32,000 nt of DNA from Vibrio vulnificus CMCP6 (lineage in GTDB: Bacteria; Pseudomonadota; Gammaproteobacteria; Enterobacterales; Vibrionaceae), in contig NC_004460.2 in the NCBI RefSeq assembly GCF_000039765.1, positions 360,001 to 392,000 of the forward strand. Direction: 5' to 3'. This document shows, in pieces, positions 1 through 7,525 of the stretch (position 1 is the first letter of the stretch; each line of letters begins with the position of its first letter). The notes under the pieces are model-generated. The model searched no databases. It was not told the DNA's origin and saw nothing but the letters and a program-made list of their open reading frames with translations. The position numbers and the translations under genes are program-made.

Positions 1-94
1 ATCGCTCAGGATGCGCGACTATTTTTAACAGCTCAGAAACGCTTTCCGCGCTCTCTCTCATCTGTTCTAAATCAATTATTTTGTCATTGCTCAT
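1..94 (-). CDS. ArsR/SmtB-family transcriptional repressor, YgaV-like (N-terminal fragment; the gene continues beyond the left window edge)
   Basis: Absent from the ORF track because it is truncated. The reverse-strand ATG at 94-92 is preceded by GGAGGTGG (rc of 101-108). It reads MSNDKIIDLEQMRESAESVSELLKIVAHPER, which resembles the N-terminus of E. coli YgaV (..LLKAMSHPKRL..). It is divergent from a YgaP-like/rhodanese module. Confidence 0.55.
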   Translation of the reverse strand, partial: MSNDKIIDLEQMRESAESVSELLKIVAHPER

Positions 95-141
95 CACAAC
101 CACCTCCCCTGCATTGGTTTAAATCTTACGCAAACACGAAC

Positions 142-157
142 ATTAGTCAACTCTAAT
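142..157. promoter_or_regulatory. Candidate operator palindrome 1: ATTAG-N6-CTAAT
   Basis: The sequence cATTAGtcaactCTAATtta lies in the divergent intergenic region between the ArsR-like gene and the DUF2892/CoADR genes. The same half-sites recur 45 bp away (187-202). Confidence 0.35.
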
Positions 158-186
158 TTAGTTATTTTACATTTAGGGTTATTTTT

Positions 187-202
187 ATTAGACATTGCTA
201 AT
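187..202. promoter_or_regulatory. Candidate operator palindrome 2: ATTAG-N6-CTAAT
   Basis: The sequence tATTAGacattgCTAATtta has half-sites and 3' flank (TTA) identical to the palindrome at 142-157. It lies about 45 bp upstream of the DUF2892 start. Confidence 0.35.
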
Positions 203-246
203 TTAAGTATGTATGGTATGCCTATCAACAACGAGGAGTGCTTGTT

Positions 247-432
247 ATGACAATTGAAAACGGAGTTCGCATTTTGGCAGGTAGCATGGTGTTGCTATCC
301 CTAGTTCTTACCCAATACGTTCACGAAAATTTTGTTTGGTTGACCGTATTTGTAGGCCTGAATTTGATTCAAAGTGCATTTACGGGCTTTTGCCCAGCCG
401 TCTTTTTCCTTAAAAAGCTCGGCCTTAAGTAA
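247..432 (+). CDS. DUF2892 / YgaP-like two-helix inner-membrane protein (61 aa)
   Basis: ORF track 238..432. I prefer the ATG at 247 because GAGGAG (233-238) lies 8 nt upstream. The protein is hydrophobic and ends in the motif ..SAFTGFCPAVFFLKKLG, typical of the YgaP-like TM domain. Confidence 0.7.
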   Translation: MTIENGVRILAGSMVLLSLVLTQYVHENFVWLTVFVGLNLIQSAFTGFCPAVFFLKKLGLK

Positions 433-517
433 TTCGTTTTATTTGACCGAGTTGTCAGAGTTGTTTGCCTTTTCACTCTACAATTCGGTCCAATCCTAAA
501 ATCAGAGGTTGAATATT

Positions 518-2221
518 ATGACTAAAATCGTGATCGTTGGTGGCGTCGCAGGTGGTGCTTCAGCAGCAGCTAGAGCACGTCGTTTGAGTGAAGATGCACA
601 AATAATCATGTTTGAACGTGGTCCTTTTGTCTCTTTTGCGAATTGCGGCTTGCCTTACCACATTGGTGGCGATATCAAAGAGCGCAGCAAGCTGCTTCTG
701 CAAACACCAGAGAGCTTTCTAGCACGATTTAATGTTGACGTACGTGTCATGAACGAGATTACTGCGATCAACCGTCACGAAAAAACGGTCACCGTCAAAA
801 ACTTAATCGATGGTAGCGAATACGCTGAAAGTTATGATTTCCTATTATTGAGCCCTGGAGCTGGGCCAGTTGTGCCACCGATTCCTGGTATCGATAACCC
901 TCTTACCCATTCTTTGCGCAACATCCCTGATATGGATCGCATCATTCAAACGATTCAAACCAACAACGTTGAACATGCCACGGTGGTTGGAGGTGGATTT
1001 ATCGGCTTAGAAATGATGGAGGCCTTCCATCAATTAGGCATTAAGACCACGTTACTCGAATTGGCTGATCAAGTGATGACTCCTGTTGATCGCGAGATGG
1101 CCGGATTTGCGCATGCGGAAATTCGCGCCAAAGGCATCGATTTACGTTTAGGTACTGCGTTAACCAGCGTTGAGTATATCGCCAATGATCATGTTGCCAG
1201 CGAAAATGCGGGTGAAGATATCCAACATCAGCATATTTCCGGCCATTTGGCGCTGAGCCTGAGTACAGGGGATACGTTAAACACTGATGTTCTGATTATG
1301 GCAATTGGTGTCCGTCCAGAAACCAAACTGGCTCAGCAAGCAGGCCTGCAAATTGGTGAGCTCGGCGGCATCTACACCAACGACATGATGCAAACCAGCG
1401 ATCCTTCTATCTATGCCGTTGGCGATGCAGTAGAAGAAAAAGATTTTGTGACAGGAAAACAAACACTTGTCCCCCTTGCTGGCCCAGCAAACCGTCAAGG
1501 TCGCATGGCAGCAGACAACATGCTTGGCCGCAGTGAGCGCTACCAAGGCACTCAAGGCACCGCGATTTGTAAGATCTTCGATTTGGCCGTTGCATCAACA
1601 GGTAAAAACGAAAAACAACTCAAACGCGATGGTGTCGAGTACGAAAAAGTCTACGTCCATACCGCGAGCCACGCGAGTTACTATCCAGGCGCTGAAATCG
1701 TGTCATTTAAAATGTTGTTTGATCCGAAAACCGGCAAAATTTTTGGTGCGCAAGCCGTCGGAAAAGACGGTGTAGACAAACGTATCGATGTCATGGCCGT
1801 CGCTCAACGCGCGGGAATGACGGTTGAACAACTTCAGCATCTTGAACTGACCTATGCGCCTCCTTACGGCAGTGCAAAAGATGTCATCAACCAAGCAGCA
1901 TTTGTCGCCAACAACTTAATCAAAGGCGACGCAAAAGCGATTCATTTTGATGAGATTGAACACCTGAACGACGACCAATTACTGCTTGATGTGCGCAACC
2001 CTGGTGAACTGCAAGCAGGCGGTTATTTGCCTGGTGCGATTAATATTCCGGTGGACCAACTTCGCCAACGAATGGATGAACTACCAAAAGACAAAGAGAT
2101 CATCATCTACTGTCAAGTAGGCTTGCGTGGTAACGTCGCCTATCGACAACTGGTGAATAACGGCTATAAAGCCCGTAATTTACTGGGTGGCTACCGAACT
2201 TATATGTTCTCTAAATGTTAA
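518..2221 (+). CDS. CoA-disulfide reductase / NADH oxidase-family flavoprotein with a C-terminal rhodanese domain
   Basis: ORF track 509..2221. The ATG at 518 has AGAGG 9 nt upstream. Motifs present: an N-terminal GGVAGGASAA FAD fold, the single redox Cys motif SFANCGLPYH, a second GGGFIGLE dinucleotide fold, and a C-terminal rhodanese with active-site loop IIIYCQVGLRGN. Confidence 0.85.
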   Translation: MTKIVIVGGVAGGASAAARARRLSEDAQIIMFERGPFVSFANCGLPYHIGGDIKERSKLLLQTPESFLARFNVDVRVMNEITAINRHEKTVTVKNLIDGSEYAESYDFLLLSPGAGPVVPPIPGIDNPLTHSLRNIPDMDRIIQTIQTNNVEHATVVGGGFIGLEMMEAFHQLGIKTTLLELADQVMTPVDREMAGFAHAEIRAKGIDLRLGTALTSVEYIANDHVASENAGEDIQHQHISGHLALSLSTGDTLNTDVLIMAIGVRPETKLAQQAGLQIGELGGIYTNDMMQTSDPSIYAVGDAVEEKDFVTGKQTLVPLAGPANRQGRMAADNMLGRSERYQGTQGTAICKIFDLAVASTGKNEKQLKRDGVEYEKVYVHTASHASYYPGAEIVSFKMLFDPKTGKIFGAQAVGKDGVDKRIDVMAVAQRAGMTVEQLQHLELTYAPPYGSAKDVINQAAFVANNLIKGDAKAIHFDEIEHLNDDQLLLDVRNPGELQAGGYLPGAINIPVDQLRQRMDELPKDKEIIIYCQVGLRGNVAYRQLVNNGYKARNLLGGYRTYMFSKC

Positions 2222-2238
2222 TTTCATTAGTACATTAA

Positions 2239-2268
2239 ATAAGGGAAGCATCGCTTCCCTTATTTTTT
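2239..2268 (+). terminator. Rho-independent terminator
   Basis: The stem AAGGGAAGC / GCTTCCCTT has a 3-nt loop and is followed by ATTTTTTAT. Confidence 0.7.
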
Positions 2269-2565
2269 ATTACATTCTTATTAAGCTCAAATAATATAAC
2301 GAAATTTGGTACTTTCGTACGATTGCTATCACTCCTTAAGTCGACTCTAATACCATCAATAGACACTAGCATTTAGGCAAAGACTACAGACTCTTTAAGA
2401 AACAGCAAGATAGAGCAAATCACTTTATTTTTTACAAAAAATTGCACTGCGTTCTGTTTATCGCTCTATAATTTTGGAGAAGCGCTTCCAATGATTAGTA
2501 GTTTATTTTACAGCTCATAGAGCTAAAAACCACGCTACCATTTTTGGATGGTAAGAGAGTCAATT

Positions 2566-4113
2566 ATGAGACAACGTCAGATCATTAATATTAGAAATGC
2601 TCTGCTGTTAGGTATTTTATTTTTAATTTCTATACCTGTCGTAATAGCCGGTGAGAACAATAATCTTACCAAGCAACAACAATATCAATTTTTATATCAA
2701 ACCACCTTTGGGCCGACACCACAAAATCAACAACAGCTTGATTCTTTGGGCATTACAGCGTGGCTTGAATATCAATTTTCACTGCCATTTACCTCACATC
2801 AAACCCTTTACTTAACGCCATTCCCGAAAGGAGAACAGGCCAATCGTGAAAACGCTTGGTATCAAATTTCGATACAAGCGGAAGATCAATTACGGCAACG
2901 CATGGCTTTTGCTTTAAGCCAAATTGTTGTGGTATCCCGTTATGGCGGACAATTTGGTTCAAGAGCTCAAGCACTTAGCCAATATTATGACCAACTGGGT
3001 GAGCATGCATTTGGTAATTATCGTGAGTTACTAAAAGAGATCGCCATTAGTCCAGTCATGGGGAGCTACCTATCAATGATGGGTAGTAAAAAAGAAAATA
3101 TCTCAACCGGTGCTCTACCCGACGAAAATTTCGCTCGCGAACTCATGCAATTGTTCACTCTTGGCTTGCATCAGATCAATATGGACGGTTCATTCAAAAC
3201 CACCAACGGTAAGCGACTCGCCACCTATCATCAGCACGATATTCAGGAATTGGCGCGCGCGCTGACTGGTTGGTCGAGATCGGACTATAGTTACCTGCTG
3301 CCAATGAAGGCCAATGCACGTACGCACGATAGTGGTGAAAAGTTGTTTTTAGGCCACACCATTCCTGCAGGCATGCAACCAGAAGCCGAACTTGATTTGG
3401 TACTGGATATTATCTTTCAGCACCCTAACGTCGCTCCCTTTATATCGAGACTTTTGATTCAGCGGTTTACCACATCAAACCCGAGTCCCGAGTACATCGA
3501 GCGCGTTGCCAATGTGTTTGCCAATAATGGCGCTGGGGTTCGTGGGGATCTCAAAGCGGTGCTTTCCGCCATCCTGACCGATCCGCAAGCCCAAGCCGGC
3601 GCGAGCAAAATCAAAGAGCCGATTTTAGTGTTAACCCAATTTCATCGAGCCTTTGAGCTCACCCCCACCAGCGACAGGCTTATTAATGCAGTAACCTTTT
3701 TGAATGTGGCCAATCAAGGTGGCTTACGTGCGCCTTCCGTATTTAACTTTTATTCGCCAGACTTCGCACCTCAAGGGGAGTTTGAGCAAAATGGCTTAGT
3801 CGCGCCAGAGTTTGAGCTTCTAGATTGGAACGTCTACACCCAAGTCGTGAACTACATGTACTACGCCATCAAGAGTAATAACGATCCGACCATGAGCATG
3901 AACCTAGCTCCTTATTACGAGCGTTTAGATCAGCATCAGGCTTTGGTCGATCTTATCAATGAGCGTTTATTTGGTGATGCAATGTCAGATGCCCTAAAAA
4001 GCTTATTGCTGAACACGCTAAATGACTATCCAGAAAGCTATGTCGCCAAAACCAAGCTTTCACAGATTCTATTCCTCGCCCTATCGAGCGAAGAATTCTT
4101 TATCCAAAAGTGA
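2566..4113 (+). CDS. DUF1800 family protein (exported or membrane-anchored)
   Basis: ORF track 2548..4113. I prefer the ATG at 2566 (AAGAGAG 6 nt upstream). It has an N-terminal hydrophobic anchor LLLGILFLISIPVVIAG and the DUF1800-type motif DENFARELMQLFTLG. Confidence 0.75.
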   Translation: MRQRQIINIRNALLLGILFLISIPVVIAGENNNLTKQQQYQFLYQTTFGPTPQNQQQLDSLGITAWLEYQFSLPFTSHQTLYLTPFPKGEQANRENAWYQISIQAEDQLRQRMAFALSQIVVVSRYGGQFGSRAQALSQYYDQLGEHAFGNYRELLKEIAISPVMGSYLSMMGSKKENISTGALPDENFARELMQLFTLGLHQINMDGSFKTTNGKRLATYHQHDIQELARALTGWSRSDYSYLLPMKANARTHDSGEKLFLGHTIPAGMQPEAELDLVLDIIFQHPNVAPFISRLLIQRFTTSNPSPEYIERVANVFANNGAGVRGDLKAVLSAILTDPQAQAGASKIKEPILVLTQFHRAFELTPTSDRLINAVTFLNVANQGGLRAPSVFNFYSPDFAPQGEFEQNGLVAPEFELLDWNVYTQVVNYMYYAIKSNNDPTMSMNLAPYYERLDQHQALVDLINERLFGDAMSDALKSLLLNTLNDYPESYVAKTKLSQILFLALSSEEFFIQK

Positions 4114-4123
4114 GGATAAGAAA

Positions 4124-5440
4124 ATGAAACTTTCACGCAGACATTTTTTACACGCTTCAGCAACGCTTAGTTTTGCTGGCACTTTTGGCTTTTCACTCCC
4201 GGCTCATGCTGGGTCGGATTTCAAAGCATTGGTTTGTATCTACCTTGCTGGTGGCAATGATGCGATCAATACCGTATTAGCGAAAGACAACGAACACTAC
4301 CTGCAATACAAAAATGTTCGTGGCAACCTTGCATTAAGCCAATCACAGATCATTCCTCTGTCACTCAAAGCGCAAGACAACCAAGGCAAACCCGTCACAT
4401 TGGGACTGCATCCTGCGATGAGTAAGCTTGCTAACGTGTTTAACCAAGGTGACGCCAATGTGGTGCTTAATTCCGGGATCTTGTGTCAACCCACAACAAA
4501 ACAGCAAATTCTCGATGGCACCGCCATGCTGCCAGAGCAACTGTTTTCCCACAATTCGCAATCCGATGAGTGGATGCGAGGTGCCGCCAACTCTGGCATA
4601 AACTTGGGTTGGGCAGGCCGGTTATTGGACGCGCTGTCTTGCCAAAGCAGTGTGACACCGCTATACAGCGTACACGGAGATTCGTTGTGGCTACGTGCCT
4701 CTGAATATCAGCAAGTGGTGCTTCGTAAAGATCGTGCTGTAGAGTTAAATGGCCTTGTCGATTCTGGGCTTAGCGATCTTTATGACGAGATGCTGGCCTT
4801 TGAGAGTGAGTCACCTTTCCAACGTCAGTTCCGCCGCATGGTCAATCACTCACGAGCGGTGAGCCATACTTTAAGCCAAACACTCGACTCAGTGCCCGAT
4901 AACCCGATGTTTACTTCGTCTGATCTCGGTAAGCAGCTCAATACTGTGTTTAAGCTTATCAGCCAACATCAAGCATTGGGACAAAGTCGCCAAATCTACT
5001 TTGTAAAACAAACTGGCTACGATGTGCACGACACTCAATTGACTCAACACCCAGCTCTACTGGAAGACCTCAGCGACAACATGTACGCTCTGCACCAGGC
5101 ATTGGGTGAATATCAACTTGGTGACAGCGTCACCACGTTTACCATGTCCGATTTTGGGCGTCGCATGGCGAGCAATGGTAACGGTACCGATCATGGTTGG
5201 GGAGGACACCAAATTATTATGGGGAAAGGTGTACTCAGTGAAAATGCCATTGGACACTGGCCAACGTTGAAAATTGATGGCGAGGATGACTATTCTAAAG
5301 GTCGCTTAATACCGCGCATCGCTGCCGATCAGGTACATGGGACATTGGCAAAATGGATGGGAGTTCACGATGATCAATTGATGCGTTATGTACTTCCTAA
5401 TCTCACTAACTTTCCCGACGGTGATCTCGGTTTTTTATAA
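4124..5440 (+). CDS. DUF1501 family protein (sulfatase/alkaline-phosphatase-like fold) with a Tat signal
   Basis: The track ORF 4022..5440 overlaps the upstream gene. The ATG at 4124 follows GAGGATAAG and gives MKLSRRHFLHASATLSFAGTFGFSLPAHA, a twin-arginine RRxFL signal. The C-terminal motif DFGRRMASNGNGTDHGWGG is typical of DUF1501. Confidence 0.8.
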   Translation: MKLSRRHFLHASATLSFAGTFGFSLPAHAGSDFKALVCIYLAGGNDAINTVLAKDNEHYLQYKNVRGNLALSQSQIIPLSLKAQDNQGKPVTLGLHPAMSKLANVFNQGDANVVLNSGILCQPTTKQQILDGTAMLPEQLFSHNSQSDEWMRGAANSGINLGWAGRLLDALSCQSSVTPLYSVHGDSLWLRASEYQQVVLRKDRAVELNGLVDSGLSDLYDEMLAFESESPFQRQFRRMVNHSRAVSHTLSQTLDSVPDNPMFTSSDLGKQLNTVFKLISQHQALGQSRQIYFVKQTGYDVHDTQLTQHPALLEDLSDNMYALHQALGEYQLGDSVTTFTMSDFGRRMASNGNGTDHGWGGHQIIMGKGVLSENAIGHWPTLKIDGEDDYSKGRLIPRIAADQVHGTLAKWMGVHDDQLMRYVLPNLTNFPDGDLGFL

Positions 5441-5462
5441 AGCGTGACTATTTATAGAGAAT

Positions 5463-5499
5463 AAAAATAGGGAACCAAAATGGTTCCCTATTTGTTTTT
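5463..5499. terminator. Bidirectional rho-independent terminator between convergent genes
   Basis: The stem TAGGGAACCA / TGGTTCCCTA is flanked by an A-run on the left and a T-run on the right. Confidence 0.75.
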
Positions 5500-5509
5500 A
5501 ATCAGAGAG

Positions 5510-6598
5510 TTACTTATCTCTGCGAGCGTTACATAGCTCTATCGCGTTTTTCAATAGCTCTAGTGCGCTCTTGTCGCACTCAGGTAAGGCGGCATCACTT
5601 TCACTGATTGCCTCGACGCGTTGGCCCCATTTCACTAAGCCTGCACCCCACGTCAAACCCGCACCAAATGCCGCTAACAAAATGTTGTCACCCGCTTTGA
5701 TGTGACCTTGTTCTACCGCTTCACACAATGCGATAGGCACAGTGGCCGCAGAGGTGTTGCCATATTTCTGAATGTTCACAAACGCTTTGCTTTGATCAAT
5801 ACCAGAGAGGTCACACAAGGTTTGAATAATACGAATGTTTGCTTGGTGTGGGATCACCACATTAATGTCATCTTTGCTCATCCCTGCATGTGCAAGAACA
5901 TGAGCCGCAGCGCTTCCCATACCTTTTACCGCTCGCTTAAAGATTTCCTTACCGACAAAGTTGAAATCCCAGTAACCGTTGTCTGCAGCAAAGCGATCCA
6001 TAGAAGTACCAAACTTAGGCACAGAAAGAATGTCACGACCTTGTGCGTCACAACCGCTCTTGGCGTTTTGCAAACCAACCGCTTCTTCAGTGCGAGACAG
6101 CACCACCGCACCAGCACCATCGCCAAACAATACCGCGGTATCACGCATTGCCCAGTCAATGTAAAACGACAGTCTTTCTGCACCAATAATCAATGCATGA
6201 CGGTATGCGCCAGATTGGATTAAACGCGTGCCTGTTTCCAAACCGTACACGAAGCCTGTACATGCCGCGTTAAGATCAAACGCCGCGGCCGCTTCAATTT
6301 CAAGGTTCTTTTGCACCATTGATGCAATGTTAGGGATCAGAGAATCTGGCGAGCAAGTCGCAACAATAATTAAATCGATATCTTGAGCCGTAATGCCTGC
6401 ACGCGCTAACGCCTGTTTTGCTGCTACGGTGGCTAAGTCAGAAGTATTTACATGGCTGATACGGCGATTTTCAATACCAGTACGAGTCCGGATCCACTCG
6501 TCCGACGTATCAAGAAAGGTACTCAGATCGTCATTTGACAAGACAGCTGGTGGCAAACATTTCCCCCAACCGGTAATTTCCGCGTAATAATTTGTCAT
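5510..6598 (-). CDS. fabH: 3-oxoacyl-ACP synthase III (FabH) paralogue with a C-terminal extension
   Basis: 362 aa. The FabH catalytic triad contexts are present: NAACTGF (Cys), IPHQANIRI (His) and GNTSAATVP (Asn). Roughly 40 extra residues follow the usual ..TWGAGLVKW end. Confidence 0.85.
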   Translation of the reverse strand: MTNYYAEITGWGKCLPPAVLSNDDLSTFLDTSDEWIRTRTGIENRRISHVNTSDLATVAAKQALARAGITAQDIDLIIVATCSPDSLIPNIASMVQKNLEIEAAAAFDLNAACTGFVYGLETGTRLIQSGAYRHALIIGAERLSFYIDWAMRDTAVLFGDGAGAVVLSRTEEAVGLQNAKSGCDAQGRDILSVPKFGTSMDRFAADNGYWDFNFVGKEIFKRAVKGMGSAAAHVLAHAGMSKDDINVVIPHQANIRIIQTLCDLSGIDQSKAFVNIQKYGNTSAATVPIALCEAVEQGHIKAGDNILLAAFGAGLTWGAGLVKWGQRVEAISESDAALPECDKSALELLKNAIELCNARRDK

Positions 6599-6892
6599 CT
6601 TAGACCTATTTATTGTTGTTTTGGAATTTAATAACCTGACATCAGGTCATGTGGTATCGGCAAGTATACGCTTTATCGAAGGAGCTGGTAAGTCCAGTTT
6701 TGATTCCCTCATTGAACTTGGCACTTGTCACCCATATATATACCTAAATAACTTGCTGTGGCCAGTCGGTGGCAAAAATGGCTCTATGTGCATGGTGAAA
6801 CGCCTTGCTCTGAAACGAGCCATAGCAGCCAATAATGCCTTCACTTCAAGTCAGCAGGATATAAAAAGTTAAATCAGTAAAGGAAGTAAAGT

Positions 6893-7327
6893 ATGTCCAC
6901 CTTTCATTCACGTTGCCCTTCATGTGGTGGTATGAACCGTTTACCCGTCGAGCGTGTATCAGATAGCCCGAACTGTGGTAAATGCAAATCTGATCTGTTC
7001 GACGGCGCACCTATCGAAGGGACCAACGACAATTTCACCCATTTGCTTCAAAGCGATCAACCTGTCGTGGTCGATTTTTGGGCACCATGGTGCAATCCTT
7101 GTGTCGGTTTTGCTCCTGTTTTCCAAGATGTCGCAGCAGAGCGCAAAGGCAAAGTCCGTTTCATTAAGATCAACACCGAAATCGAACAGCAACTCGCAGC
7201 ACAATTTCAAATTCGCAGCATTCCAACCGTGATGGTATTTAAAAACGGTCAACGTGTGGATGTGATTAACGGTGCCCTGCCTAAAAGCCAGTTCGATCAA
7301 TGGCTAAATCAAGCGTTAACTAAGTAA
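6893..7327 (+). CDS. trxC: Thioredoxin 2 (TrxC-type, N-terminal zinc finger)
   Basis: AAGGAAG sits upstream as a Shine-Dalgarno. The N-terminal CPSCGG..(x17)..CGKC zinc finger is followed by a thioredoxin fold aligning with E. coli TrxC (VVVDFWAPWC.PC..FAP..). The active site here reads WCNPC. Confidence 0.85.
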   Translation: MSTFHSRCPSCGGMNRLPVERVSDSPNCGKCKSDLFDGAPIEGTNDNFTHLLQSDQPVVVDFWAPWCNPCVGFAPVFQDVAAERKGKVRFIKINTEIEQQLAAQFQIRSIPTVMVFKNGQRVDVINGALPKSQFDQWLNQALTK

Positions 7328-7332
7328 TCGTA

Positions 7333-7363
7333 ATGCCAGGCAAGCGCTGTTTTCGCCTGGCAT
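7333..7363 (+). terminator. Stem-loop downstream of trxC (weak terminator candidate)
   Basis: ATGCCAGGC / GCCTGGCAT forms a 9-bp stem with a 13-nt loop, but no clear T-run follows. Confidence 0.3.
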
Positions 7364-7525
7364 GCATTCAAGTTATCGATATTTTTCCCTTAAACATCCA
7401 GTCAGCACATCAATAAAATTTTGCATCCCTGACGACAAATATCTCTGATTTTACATGTCTGTTTTTTAGTCGCATAGTCGCGCCACTTTCATCAACAACC
7501 ATGTGAAATTTGGAGATTACAACGC

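Noticed and set aside
2491-2520. Possible 9-codon leader peptide (MISSLFYSS) after a TATAAT (2466-2471) and GGAGA upstream of the DUF1800 gene.
   Set aside because: It is too short, and the GGAGA would lie at or before the predicted transcript 5' end. No attenuator-like alternative hairpins are evident.
4022-4123. N-terminal extension of the DUF1501 ORF overlapping the end of the DUF1800 gene (possible fusion or frameshift).
   Set aside because: The ATG at 4124 has a good RBS and yields a canonical Tat signal at the very N-terminus. The upstream 34 codons are simply open frame overlapping the DUF1800 3' end.
5702-6223. 173-aa ORF on the plus strand, antisense to fabH.
   Set aside because: It lies entirely inside a well-supported FabH reading frame. 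Its composition is Cys/Arg/Thr-rich and low in complexity, typical of antisense frames, and it has no Shine-Dalgarno.
6621-6872. 83-aa TTG-initiated ORF in the fabH-trxC spacer.
   Set aside because: It has a TTG start with no Shine-Dalgarno and no recognisable protein features. The region is more plausibly regulatory.
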